Shown: piece by piece, positions 30,779-38,529 of the stretch
Layout: every line of letters begins with the position of its first letter
Numbering within the stretch: position 1 is the stretch's first letter
Origin: a virus
Lineage: Duplodnaviria; Heunggongvirae; Uroviricota; Caudoviricetes
Length of the DNA stretch: 50,015 bases
Strand: one strand, 5' to 3'
IMG/VR virus record: IMGVR_UViG_2917403263_000001
Position numbers and translations under genes: made by a program
Notes under the pieces: generated by a model
What the model was told of the DNA's origin: nothing
The model's database searches: none
The model's input: the letters and a program-made list of their open reading frames with translations, nothing else

Positions 30779-31068
30779 AAATAACCTTCCTTTCTCCAGA
30801 TTTCTTGTGTGCGAAAAACACCTTCTGCATGCATCAGGCGTAATTCTTCTTTGGTGTAATCGCTGGTTTTTACTCTCCCGTCGATTAAATCGTGGCATGA
30901 GCTACAGGCAATTGCAGCCTGCATATCGTGTGGCTTTGTCGCTGTTCCACACGTCCCCGCCAGTCTGTAATGCGCCAGCACGGAAGTTTCGGGATTGTGA
31001 TTGCAGTACCCAGGAATTCTGACCTGACACATCTGGCCCCGCGCCGCTTTACGTAAATCTGCCATCAC
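30775..31068 (-). CDS. ybcO: YbcO-like DUF1364 protein (putative nuclease of the nin region)
   Basis: 97 aa; MADLRKAARGQMCQVRIPGYCNHNPETSVLAHYRL...ACSSCHD matches the remembered YbcO pattern. Confidence 0.75.
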   Translation of the reverse strand: MMADLRKAARGQMCQVRIPGYCNHNPETSVLAHYRLAGTCGTATKPHDMQAAIACSSCHDLIDGRVKTSDYTKEELRLMHAEGVFRTQEIWRKEGYL

Positions 31069-31664
31069 GCAAACTCCAGCAGCTGTGCAGTCACATTTTC
31101 GACTTGTTCCGGAGAGGAAAATTTACGGAACAGAATCCAGTTCCACAGCACATTCAGTACAGATTTATAAACCTGCTGAAACTCGGTTTCGTCCATATTT
31201 GCAAACGCGATGGATTTCGCCCGACGCCCGCGGCTACCGTCCGGATAAAAATGCTCAGTGTAAAATCCGGCCTGAATGGTTACCCATTCACGGAAGGCGT
31301 CAAATGACTTGAGTAATGCCGTATCCTGGGTTCTGCGTGTCGCAACTGTATTCAGATATTGCTCTGCGGCTTCGCTCAGGGCTGGCGTATGTTCCCTGCC
31401 TACCGAGTCACACAGGTAATCAACGAAACCTGACACCAGTGTTCGTTCGCGAGGCGTGATCGCCCCACCGACCGGAGTCCAGTAATCGAATCCGAGTTGC
31501 AGGAGTTTGAAAAAACGCTTGTGGAATGCGTAGTTACGAACACGCTTAAAGTCAGCGTGTATCCACTCGCCTATTTTTATTTGATGCAGAAAATCGCAAC
31601 TCTCCGGCGTCGCCGGGAGAAGTAAACCAGAAGAAGTTTGTTTGACCAGTTGTATATGTGCCAT
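31065..31664 (-). CDS. DUF1367-family nin-region protein
   Basis: 199 aa; 4-nt overlap with the ybcO-like gene; pattern ...FHKRFFKLLQLGFDYW... Confidence 0.65.
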   Translation of the reverse strand: MAHIQLVKQTSSGLLLPATPESCDFLHQIKIGEWIHADFKRVRNYAFHKRFFKLLQLGFDYWTPVGGAITPRERTLVSGFVDYLCDSVGREHTPALSEAAEQYLNTVATRRTQDTALLKSFDAFREWVTIQAGFYTEHFYPDGSRGRRAKSIAFANMDETEFQQVYKSVLNVLWNWILFRKFSSPEQVENVTAQLLEFA

Positions 31665-31730
31665 CGGTTTTCTCCGGTGGCACGGTGTTACTCAGCAGGG
31701 GGTCAACCCTGTGCTGAATTGTAGATGAAT

Positions 31731-31991
31731 TCACTCAGTCTCAAAAGCAAAAAATCCAGCCTTAAGTCCTATCTCTTTCAAAGCCTGTAATGATGTGACA
31801 AATTCATCTTCACGTAAAATAAAACCGTCCACCATAAGTCCATCCACAAAATAAATTAACACAGCACCGTTCTTCCTTTGCTGGGATTGTAAACATTTAA
31901 TGCGGCAGTGACTGACAATAGTTCCATTCTCAACGCGCACAGCATAGAGGCCATTTTCACTAAACAATTCATGCAATTCTTCGATTTTCAT
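31731..31991 (-). CDS. Hypothetical 86-aa protein (AT-rich; part of the accessory island)
   Basis: ATG after GGAAGGA; no recognisable motif. Confidence 0.5.
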   Translation of the reverse strand: MKIEELHELFSENGLYAVRVENGTIVSHCRIKCLQSQQRKNGAVLIYFVDGLMVDGFILREDEFVTSLQALKEIGLKAGFFAFETE

Positions 31992-32128
31992 CTTCAGAAT
32001 CCTTCCAGATAAATAGCTCTCCCCTTTTCAGGGTCCATCCATCTTCTCCCTGCGCGCTACTCAAAACGGATGAATTCTAATTAATCTTTATTTCGAAGCA
32101 ATCGCAAACGATAAAGACAAAAATAAAA

Positions 32129-32155
32129 ACAAATACGACAAATACGACAAATACA
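32129..32155. repeat. 9-bp tandem repeat ACAAATACG x3
   Basis: acaaatacg acaaatacg acaaataca, read directly. Confidence 0.8.
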
Positions 32156-32239
32156 ATAATATCGAAAATTAACTAACCATTCGGACAACAAGGCAATATA
32201 ATTTCAGCTAAAATTATTAATCCCTTATTCATGAAAAAC

Positions 32240-32260
32240 AAAACCCGCCGAAGCGGGTTA
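32240..32260 (-). terminator. Intrinsic terminator after the HTH-peptidase gene; identical 21-mer to 34075..34095
   Basis: Minus strand reads TAACCCGC-TTCG-GCGGGTTTT. Confidence 0.75.
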
Positions 32261-32263
32261 TGC

Positions 32264-33385
32264 CTAGTGAATTTTGCCTCTAAGAGTTCGGTAAGATTGT
32301 AGTGAAACAACATCACCACTTCCTGGCAGTTCATGAACCGCAGGAAGATCATCTCCAACTAACTCATAAAAAATGTCCACTTCTATATCCATTTCATCAG
32401 CTATACGCTGTGGGTCGTATCCTAACTCTTCAAATAAAAACGATAAAGCCCGACGGAATAACTCAGGACGCTCATGAGGGATTAGATAATCTTCTTTTTC
32501 ATCAATAGCTTCCCCTTTCCGTTTCAACCCCATAAATGCAGTTCTGTACTGCTCATCAGTCAAAAGTCCTAATTGATGAGCCCTGTAAACAATGGCAGCC
32601 TTACTTACTTTCCATGTCAACTTAAATTGGCTTAGTCCCTGCCAATTTATCCTCCCCCCCACAGGTCTTGGAAAATATTTCGCCATCGACGTTCTGGGAA
32701 GCAACAGAGCAGAGGCAAAACGGTTTGCCTGGGATTCAGTTAATCTATCACCAGTAGAAATTCCTTCATGAAGAATCAAATGGGCAACCTCATGAGCAAT
32801 ATCAAAGCGTTGCCTACAAGGTGAATTTTTAGCTGTATTTCGAACAATAAAAGGCCTTCGTAGAGGAACAGACAGTGCATCTACTTCATCCGAAACGGAG
32901 TCAAATGAAGTAACAAACGCCCCAAGTTTCTCGGCCAGGCGAGTCATATTTTCAATTGGGCCAAAGCCTAAGCCCCACTCAATACGACATTTTTCTGCCG
33001 CTCGCTCGATATCTTCTTGTGTATGGACACGAAATTCAGGAAATCGAACAGGTGACAAATTAAGATTATCTTCAAATACATCAATAAAACGACGATAAAA
33101 CTCAGCCTTAGCGAGTGTTGATAGCTTCGTTGACATCCTTGTCGAGGCGCGTTTACGAAAATGTACAATCTCTTCATTAACAGGAGAATGTTCCTGCCCT
33201 TCGAAAAAGGCGGGCTTCACGCGCAAAACCTCGGCTAATTTATTTATAAGCTCTGGGGATGGAGTAGCTGAACCAGACTCCAGTCGCTGTACATACTGGC
33301 GTGTTTTTTCAACCTTCTCAGCAACCTGCTCCAGAGATAGCTCGTGATACAGACGAGCAAGTCTTAAATTAGTACCGTTAAACAC
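32264..33385 (-). CDS. HTH-XRE plus ImmA/IrrE (M78, COG2856) zinc-metallopeptidase fusion protein; RmrA-like antitoxin/sensor candidate
   Basis: 373 aa. N-terminal LRLARLYHELSLEQVAEKVEKTRQYVQRLESG is an XRE-type HTH. HEXXH motif in FDIAHEVAHLILHE, followed by the E..AN.FA pattern typical of ImmA/IrrE. Confidence 0.8.
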   Translation of the reverse strand: MFNGTNLRLARLYHELSLEQVAEKVEKTRQYVQRLESGSATPSPELINKLAEVLRVKPAFFEGQEHSPVNEEIVHFRKRASTRMSTKLSTLAKAEFYRRFIDVFEDNLNLSPVRFPEFRVHTQEDIERAAEKCRIEWGLGFGPIENMTRLAEKLGAFVTSFDSVSDEVDALSVPLRRPFIVRNTAKNSPCRQRFDIAHEVAHLILHEGISTGDRLTESQANRFASALLLPRTSMAKYFPRPVGGRINWQGLSQFKLTWKVSKAAIVYRAHQLGLLTDEQYRTAFMGLKRKGEAIDEKEDYLIPHERPELFRRALSFLFEELGYDPQRIADEMDIEVDIFYELVGDDLPAVHELPGSGDVVSLQSYRTLRGKIH

Positions 33386-33395
33386 ATTTCACCCA

Positions 33396-33989
33396 CTATT
33401 TGCTATTTTGTTTCTTTTCCTTCTCAGTCTTAGACGCACTGATAGGTTCTAGTTCGATAGGTACCGGTGCTGGAGGTACATCATCGACAGAGTTCAGCAT
33501 AACAACACGGTCCGCACCATATGTCCAAGTTGACACGATCTCACCAAACACGTTATAGCCATTAAAAATGACTTTACCACCCTCGCCTTCAAATTCAGGC
33601 TTTTCAACCACAAAGCGATGCATAGTTGGAGTGGTCTCCTCTGACTCAAAGAGTCGATCAGCATCGTTTCTTTTGAAAAAACCGCGTTTCTTGGGATTAT
33701 CTGCGTCATCAGTAAAGAAACGAATAGGGACATTCCCAATTGAAAACGTAAGATCCATGCCAGGATTAAGTAGTCTTAACCAGTCATATGTCTTTCGTAC
33801 GCACATTTGTAGCAACGCCTGCCGCTGACGCCCAAATGTACAACCACCACGAGTGTAATTATCATCATAGGGCGATGACAATAACTCATGAGTAATATCC
33901 TGTATCCTGAGCAACTCCTCAGCTATTATGGTTAAACGATCCTCTGTTAACTCAGGAAAGAACTCCCAAGGGAATGGATGGTTCTGCAT
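33396..33989 (-). CDS. Unknown 197-aa protein, partner of the HTH-peptidase (toxin/effector candidate)
   Basis: ATG at 33989, 9 nt after GGAG (the track ORF starts at an upstream TTG); 10-nt gap to the downstream gene; no recognisable motif. Confidence 0.6.
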   Translation of the reverse strand: MQNHPFPWEFFPELTEDRLTIIAEELLRIQDITHELLSSPYDDNYTRGGCTFGRQRQALLQMCVRKTYDWLRLLNPGMDLTFSIGNVPIRFFTDDADNPKKRGFFKRNDADRLFESEETTPTMHRFVVEKPEFEGEGGKVIFNGYNVFGEIVSTWTYGADRVVMLNSVDDVPPAPVPIELEPISASKTEKEKKQNSK

Positions 33990-34024
33990 AGACACATCTC
34001 CGTCTAATCCGTGCAAAAAACGAC

Positions 34025-34071
34025 TTTTGTCAACCAAGATATTGGTGCATATTCATAATTTTGTCAACCAA
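34025..34071 (-). promoter_or_regulatory. Cassette promoter TTGACA-N17-CAATAT flanked by two 13-bp direct repeats TTGGTTGACAAAA (operator candidates)
   Basis: On the minus strand: -35 at 34062-34067, -10 at 34039-34044; repeats at 34059-34071 (over the -35) and 34025-34037 (over the predicted start site). Confidence 0.5.
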
Positions 34072-34074
34072 TAA

Positions 34075-34095
34075 AAAACCCGCCGAAGCGGGTTA
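34075..34095 (-). terminator. Intrinsic terminator after hokD; identical 21-mer to 32240..32260
   Basis: Minus strand reads TAACCCGC-TTCG-GCGGGTTTTTT. Confidence 0.75.
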
Positions 34096-34159
34096 AGCGC
34101 GGGTGCGTTGAGGATGCCTGACACATCAGAGGTGGCGGGGGTTTACCCCGCCTGGTCTC

Positions 34160-34315
34160 TTACTCCTCAGGTTCGTAAGCTGTGAAGACAGCGACCTCCG
34201 TCTGGCCGGTTCGGATTCGTACCTCGCAGAGGTCTTTCCTCGTTACCAGTGCCGTCACTATGACGGTTAAACAGATGACGATCAGGGCGATTAACATCGC
34301 CTTTTGCTGCTTCAT
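34160..34315 (-). CDS. hokD: Hok/Gef-family type I toxin (HokD/RelF-like)
   Basis: 51 aa; MKQQKAMLIALIVICLTVIVTALVTRKDLCEVRIRTGQTEVAVFTAYEPEE matches my recollection of HokD; a structured hok-type leader lies upstream. Confidence 0.85.
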   Translation of the reverse strand: MKQQKAMLIALIVICLTVIVTALVTRKDLCEVRIRTGQTEVAVFTAYEPEE

Positions 34316-34582
34316 AGCCTGCTTCTCCTTGACCTTTCGGTCCGTAAGAGGCAATCTATATGTGACGAGCATATAGGGGCCTCACTTCGATTTATAGTCG
34401 GGTGGGGCTTTTCTCTATCTGCCTTTGGTAGCATGCCCGAGGCAGATAGCCTCAAGCACCCGCAGCAATTCTACTTAACTATCTTTTTCCCGCAAATCGT
34501 TTTTATCCCCAGCGGCAAATCGAATACACCATCAGCGCCACCGCCATTGCAATTCCTACCGTTGTGAATGCTTCAGGCCAAC

Positions 34583-35017
34583 TCATTGATTCACCTCCTG
34601 CGGCGGTTCTGGTAGCGGCATCCAGTGGGTTACATTGCGGCTCTGTGTTTCGAAGAACTCCTCACCATTGCGGACAACATCAAAAAACTCACTGTCTCGA
34701 TATTGCGCATAAAGAACGAATGCGCCATCACATAAAATAATTACGTGCTGACCATCATCTGGCATTCGCTCACTACAGCTTATCCAAGCATCCGGAGCTA
34801 CCGGGTAGTTGCCCAATAGCTCGTTCAACTTCACCTTAATCTCCACATTTCTCAGCTTTAGCACTATTGGTAGGTCTGACTTTCCGGTTAATGCTAATGC
34901 GAGATTTTCTGGAGTAATGAGAGCAGTTATTGTTTTCCCCATTGCCAGACGAATAATCATTCGTATCTCTCGATCGTCACATGCTCCCGGTCGAACAATT
35001 GATATTTGTCCATTCAT
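34583..35017 (-). CDS. DUF551-domain protein
   Basis: 144 aa from MNGQISIV...; C-terminal WISCSERMPDDG...THWMPLPEPP; TGATATG junction with the upstream gene. Confidence 0.7.
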   Translation of the reverse strand: MNGQISIVRPGACDDREIRMIIRLAMGKTITALITPENLALALTGKSDLPIVLKLRNVEIKVKLNELLGNYPVAPDAWISCSERMPDDGQHVIILCDGAFVLYAQYRDSEFFDVVRNGEEFFETQSRNVTHWMPLPEPPQEVNQ

Positions 35018-35018
35018 A

Positions 35019-35537
35019 TCAATCTCCTTTTCCATGAAACAGGTGCTCACGACTGGATTTCCAGAATATCCATGCCAGATCAACATTCGGGTCCTGGTAA
35101 TTCATCCCTTCGTTGGCACGAAGCAATAATGTTTCATGGTTTTTATCACCCGCATGAAACCTGACAAGTGCTTCGAACTGTTCGCGACCATCATCTGGCA
35201 TTCGCTCACTACAGCTTATCCAACCATCCGGAGTTACCGAAATTGGCGGCGCGGCATATAGCTTACGGGTCTGAACACCTGCCCCCTGACATTTCTCTTC
35301 CTCAACAAATCCTTCGTAAACGCATTCTCCGCAATCTTCCCATTCTCCCCATTCATCATATTCTGCATCCCACTGGCGATACTGATATGCCACTGGCTCT
35401 GCTTCCAACGATGCCAGCGCAATACGAAACACATTGGCAAGCAGGCTGTTTGAAGATTGGTTATCGTGCGCCGCATCGCTCAGAAAGCCAGTGATGAATG
35501 ATTTAATCTCTGCGCTTTCTCTGGTAATAGTTGCCAT
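35019..35537 (-). CDS. DUF551-domain protein with an LASLEAEP linker
   Basis: 172 aa from MATITRESAEI...; WISCSERMPDDG motif; TGATATG junction. Confidence 0.7.
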   Translation of the reverse strand: MATITRESAEIKSFITGFLSDAAHDNQSSNSLLANVFRIALASLEAEPVAYQYRQWDAEYDEWGEWEDCGECVYEGFVEEEKCQGAGVQTRKLYAAPPISVTPDGWISCSERMPDDGREQFEALVRFHAGDKNHETLLLRANEGMNYQDPNVDLAWIFWKSSREHLFHGKGD

Positions 35538-35538
35538 A

Positions 35539-35757
35539 TCAGTTTTCCTTATACGGATTAATTTTATTGTGCAGTGTGTTGAACGAGGCCCATACCACGT
35601 CGTTATACAATTCAATAACTGGCTCAATTATTTTCCCGATTCCCCATACCAGAATTAACGGGGATATCGGTATCATCAACACGATAAACAGAATGAGAAA
35701 CAGGAATTCTGTTGTTCGACTTCTTCGCGGATAATTTTTCCTGAATAGTGTAGGCAT
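35539..35757 (-). CDS. Small membrane protein
   Basis: 72 aa with one TM segment (FLFLILFIVLMIPISPLILVWGIG); tightly packed. Confidence 0.5.
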   Translation of the reverse strand: MPTLFRKNYPRRSRTTEFLFLILFIVLMIPISPLILVWGIGKIIEPVIELYNDVVWASFNTLHNKINPYKEN

Positions 35758-35758
35758 A

Positions 35759-35947
35759 TCACGCTCCTTTAGTGCGGAAGTGATTTTTCCAGCGGTTTTG
35801 CTCTGCGCTGGGCTTTTTGCAACAGCTGTGACCCATCACCCCGCAACACCCCGTCAATCTCACTCGTCTGTTACTAATCCTCAACCATCGCCAGCCCCCA
35901 ACACCGTTTCTGCGAGCTAACAGAATTTTTGCTTTACGGTTTTTCAT
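35759..35947 (-). CDS. Small basic protein, function unknown
   Basis: 62 aa; ATGA overlap with the upstream 52-aa ORF. Confidence 0.4.
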   Translation of the reverse strand: MKNRKAKILLARRNGVGGWRWLRISNRRVRLTGCCGVMGHSCCKKPSAEQNRWKNHFRTKGA

Positions 35948-36102
35948 CGTTTTGCTCTCCTGCGTTTCTTTGCTGCACGGCGTGCCGCTGCAATACCGGT
36001 ATGGCGCTTTGGTGCCGGAATAATATTGTCAGCCATCATGACATGCGGCATAACTGTTAAGGCAGCCCCATGAAACCAGACCAGATAAGGCGACATCAGC
36101 AT
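35944..36102 (-). CDS. 52-aa ORF not in the track (MLMSPYLVWFHGAALTVMPHVMMADNIIPAPKRHTGIAAARRAAKKRRRAKR)
   Basis: TAATG overlap with the upstream gene and ATGA overlap with the downstream ORF, indicating translational coupling. Confidence 0.4.
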   Translation of the reverse strand: MLMSPYLVWFHGAALTVMPHVMMADNIIPAPKRHTGIAAARRAAKKRRRAKR

Positions 36103-36632
36103 TACTTCCCCCTATTATCCTGAAGCATGGCTTCGCGGCAGGCATTCCAGCCATCAACATAATCAAACGTATTGCTATCGTCTGGCTCGATTTCATCCGG
36201 CACTATCAGTGCTGGCTGGACGGTGGCATTGGCAAAGGCAGCACGCAACCCGGTTTTAATTTCTTCGATTTCATCAGAGCCAAGCGATGAGTCAGAAAGC
36301 GCATGGTGAAATGCGTAAGCCATGTCGTCGTTTACTACAACCGGCTCTGCTTCCAGCGATACTACCGGTCTATCAGGTAGCACTGGCGGGGCGGCGAATA
36401 GTGGTTTAGGTGATATCTCCGCACGTTTTGCATATGCTTCAACTGTGTCAGGATTAAACAGGATTATGTTTTCTCCGCATACCCACGCTATCGGTTCTGC
36501 TTCCAGCGATGCCAGTGCAATTTTGAATAACTCGCCCTCTACCCGTGCCATCCCTGAATTGGGGTGGCATTTCGCAATCGCTATTTTTAATTTGGCTTCT
36601 TCGATTAATTGCTCTTTGGTTAATTCTGTCAT
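36102..36632 (-). CDS. Ead-region protein with two LEAEP linker motifs
   Basis: 176-aa ORF; motifs LASLEAEPIAW and VVSLEAEPVVV shared with neighbouring genes. Confidence 0.6.
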   Translation of the reverse strand: MTELTKEQLIEEAKLKIAIAKCHPNSGMARVEGELFKIALASLEAEPIAWVCGENIILFNPDTVEAYAKRAEISPKPLFAAPPVLPDRPVVSLEAEPVVVNDDMAYAFHHALSDSSLGSDEIEEIKTGLRAAFANATVQPALIVPDEIEPDDSNTFDYVDGWNACREAMLQDNRGK

Positions 36633-36729
36633 TTTTCATTACCGCCCTTTCGGACGGACTCCTGATGTATTGAGGTTGCAGGAATCCCTCCGGTTAAGGA
36701 TTAAATTTTATTTACAGTACTAAATTTAA

Positions 36730-37308
36730 TTATTCTGGAGCGCGAAGCTGTTCCACACAATGCAGCAGCGCATCCGTTGCTTCATTAAGCGTTACGGTAT
36801 CGGCATCATCCAGCCCTGCAACTTTTGCGTGCCTGACAAACGCCGCGCAAAGGTCGTTAAACGCCCACGCCCGTACTTCAGCCAGAAAAACATCGGTGGC
36901 CGGAGTGGGCTTTTGTGGTGATATAGCAATACGAATTGTTTCAAGCCCCGATTTTGTTTTCATTGCTGGCACTTTGATATGCCCAAGTTGCACCGCATTC
37001 ATAATGAACCTGCGACGGTCATCACATATCGCCTTCAGCCCAGCATTCTCCGCTGCCAGAGCCATGCATTCTTTCTCAAGTCGGAAAATTTCCGTCACGT
37101 ATTTGGCGTTTTCACCGCCCTTGATTAACTCGTTAATTCGTTTGCTTTTAATTTCCAGCTCATCCAGTAACGCAAGCACAAGGTGTGGCGTTATCAAGGA
37201 CTCAAATTCGGCAACAGCTTGCTCACCTCGCTTGTAATTCTTAATCCCACCTAAATCTCTCGCGTTCTGTGCCGCATCACGCAGTGCCTGATAATTAATT
37301 TTGCTCAC
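36730..37308 (-). CDS. Ead/Ea22-like protein
   Basis: 192 aa; coiled-coil N-terminus; position in the ea-type block of E. coli lambdoid prophages. Confidence 0.6.
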   Translation of the reverse strand: MSKINYQALRDAAQNARDLGGIKNYKRGEQAVAEFESLITPHLVLALLDELEIKSKRINELIKGGENAKYVTEIFRLEKECMALAAENAGLKAICDDRRRFIMNAVQLGHIKVPAMKTKSGLETIRIAISPQKPTPATDVFLAEVRAWAFNDLCAAFVRHAKVAGLDDADTVTLNEATDALLHCVEQLRAPE

Positions 37309-37727
37309 AAAAGCACCTCCTGAAAATTACCCTGATAGAACGCCAGTACACGCTGCATAGCTTCGCTTTTCCGACACTCGCGACAGATTATGTTCAGACG
37401 CCTGTCGTAGCGGCGTATTTCTCCATCTTGTAACGACCGGATAAGACCCGGATCAACCACAGCTGTTTTCTTCACCTTTGCCCTTGATAGTTTTTTGCGG
37501 GCGTTTTGCCAGTCCTTACGAGCCTGTTCTGACGGGAATAACCCGTAGCCAGAGTTATATACATCGCCACTGGCAACCAGCTCTCTGGCGAGAACACTCA
37601 TCAGATATCTTGTCGCACCTGTCTTGGCTTCCAGTTGCCGTAACGTCTCGCGCCCACTCTGGCGCACGAGTTCAACAACCTGCCCCTTAATTTTTTCCCG
37701 CTCTTCTTGTGTAAATACTTTTGCCAT
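37305..37727 (-). CDS. Hypothetical early protein
   Basis: 140 aa from MAKVFTQEEREK...; 4-nt overlap with the downstream gene. Confidence 0.5.
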   Translation of the reverse strand: MAKVFTQEEREKIKGQVVELVRQSGRETLRQLEAKTGATRYLMSVLARELVASGDVYNSGYGLFPSEQARKDWQNARKKLSRAKVKKTAVVDPGLIRSLQDGEIRRYDRRLNIICRECRKSEAMQRVLAFYQGNFQEVLL

Positions 37728-37742
37728 AAGCGCCTCCGGCAA

Positions 37743-38495
37743 TCACTTGTCCGACACAATACGACTGGAGGAATAGACAATCTGTCGAACAATATCCCGG
37801 TGCTTGTTCAGTTCCCGCAGCGCGGCGCAGACACGCTCCCACTTCTGGACATGATTTTTCGCCCGACGCAGTTCGCGATTTGCCATATGCAGCGATGGCA
37901 AAACCAGGTCATCCGCTTGTGTTTCGGTGTACGATGGCAACGACTGCACAATGTCCGCTACAGTTTCTGTTTTAATATCTTCCTGTGTTGCAGCTTCCTG
38001 CACCGGTAACGCAACACCTGCTGGTTGAGGAAAGGCTTTACCATGGGTTTCCGCTATCGATTTAACTTTCGGCTCTGCTGGTAAATTACCGCCCGGCATG
38101 CAGTAACGAAATTTACCGTTCTGATTAACGCGAATCAGACGACCTTTGCTGATTGCCATTGCCAGCGTTGAAGCCACTTTGCGGGATGTTGTACCGAACA
38201 GCGTAGCCAGTTCATCCGCCGTTTGTGGGCCACGTTGTTCAATCGTCGAAGTTAAATCGCTCTCCGAAATTTTCGTCACTGTTGCCGTAGTGGTTTCTTC
38301 CGGCAGTGCTGGCTGTTCCTGCTGAACGTTGTTATCAGCCACACGCCAGGTGTATACGCTTTTATCAACGAAGCCAGCCTTTTTCAGTTCCCACAGCTCG
38401 TTCAGCACTTCTTCACGACTGATATCAAGTCGCGCTGCCAGTTCTACCGACGTGGCTTTTCCCATTGCTTTCAGTGCGTCAAAAACGGTCTCCAT
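37743..38495 (-). CDS. Winged-helix protein (DUF1627-like)
   Basis: 250 aa from [43 protein letters not shown] after GGAGG; a second wHTH-like segment lies mid-protein. Confidence 0.6.
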   Translation of the reverse strand: METVFDALKAMGKATSVELAARLDISREEVLNELWELKKAGFVDKSVYTWRVADNNVQQEQPALPEETTTATVTKISESDLTSTIEQRGPQTADELATLFGTTSRKVASTLAMAISKGRLIRVNQNGKFRYCMPGGNLPAEPKVKSIAETHGKAFPQPAGVALPVQEAATQEDIKTETVADIVQSLPSYTETQADDLVLPSLHMANRELRRAKNHVQKWERVCAALRELNKHRDIVRQIVYSSSRIVSDK

Positions 38496-38529
38496 TAAAA
38501 TTTCCTCCCGGTAAAAATTACTTCTCAAC

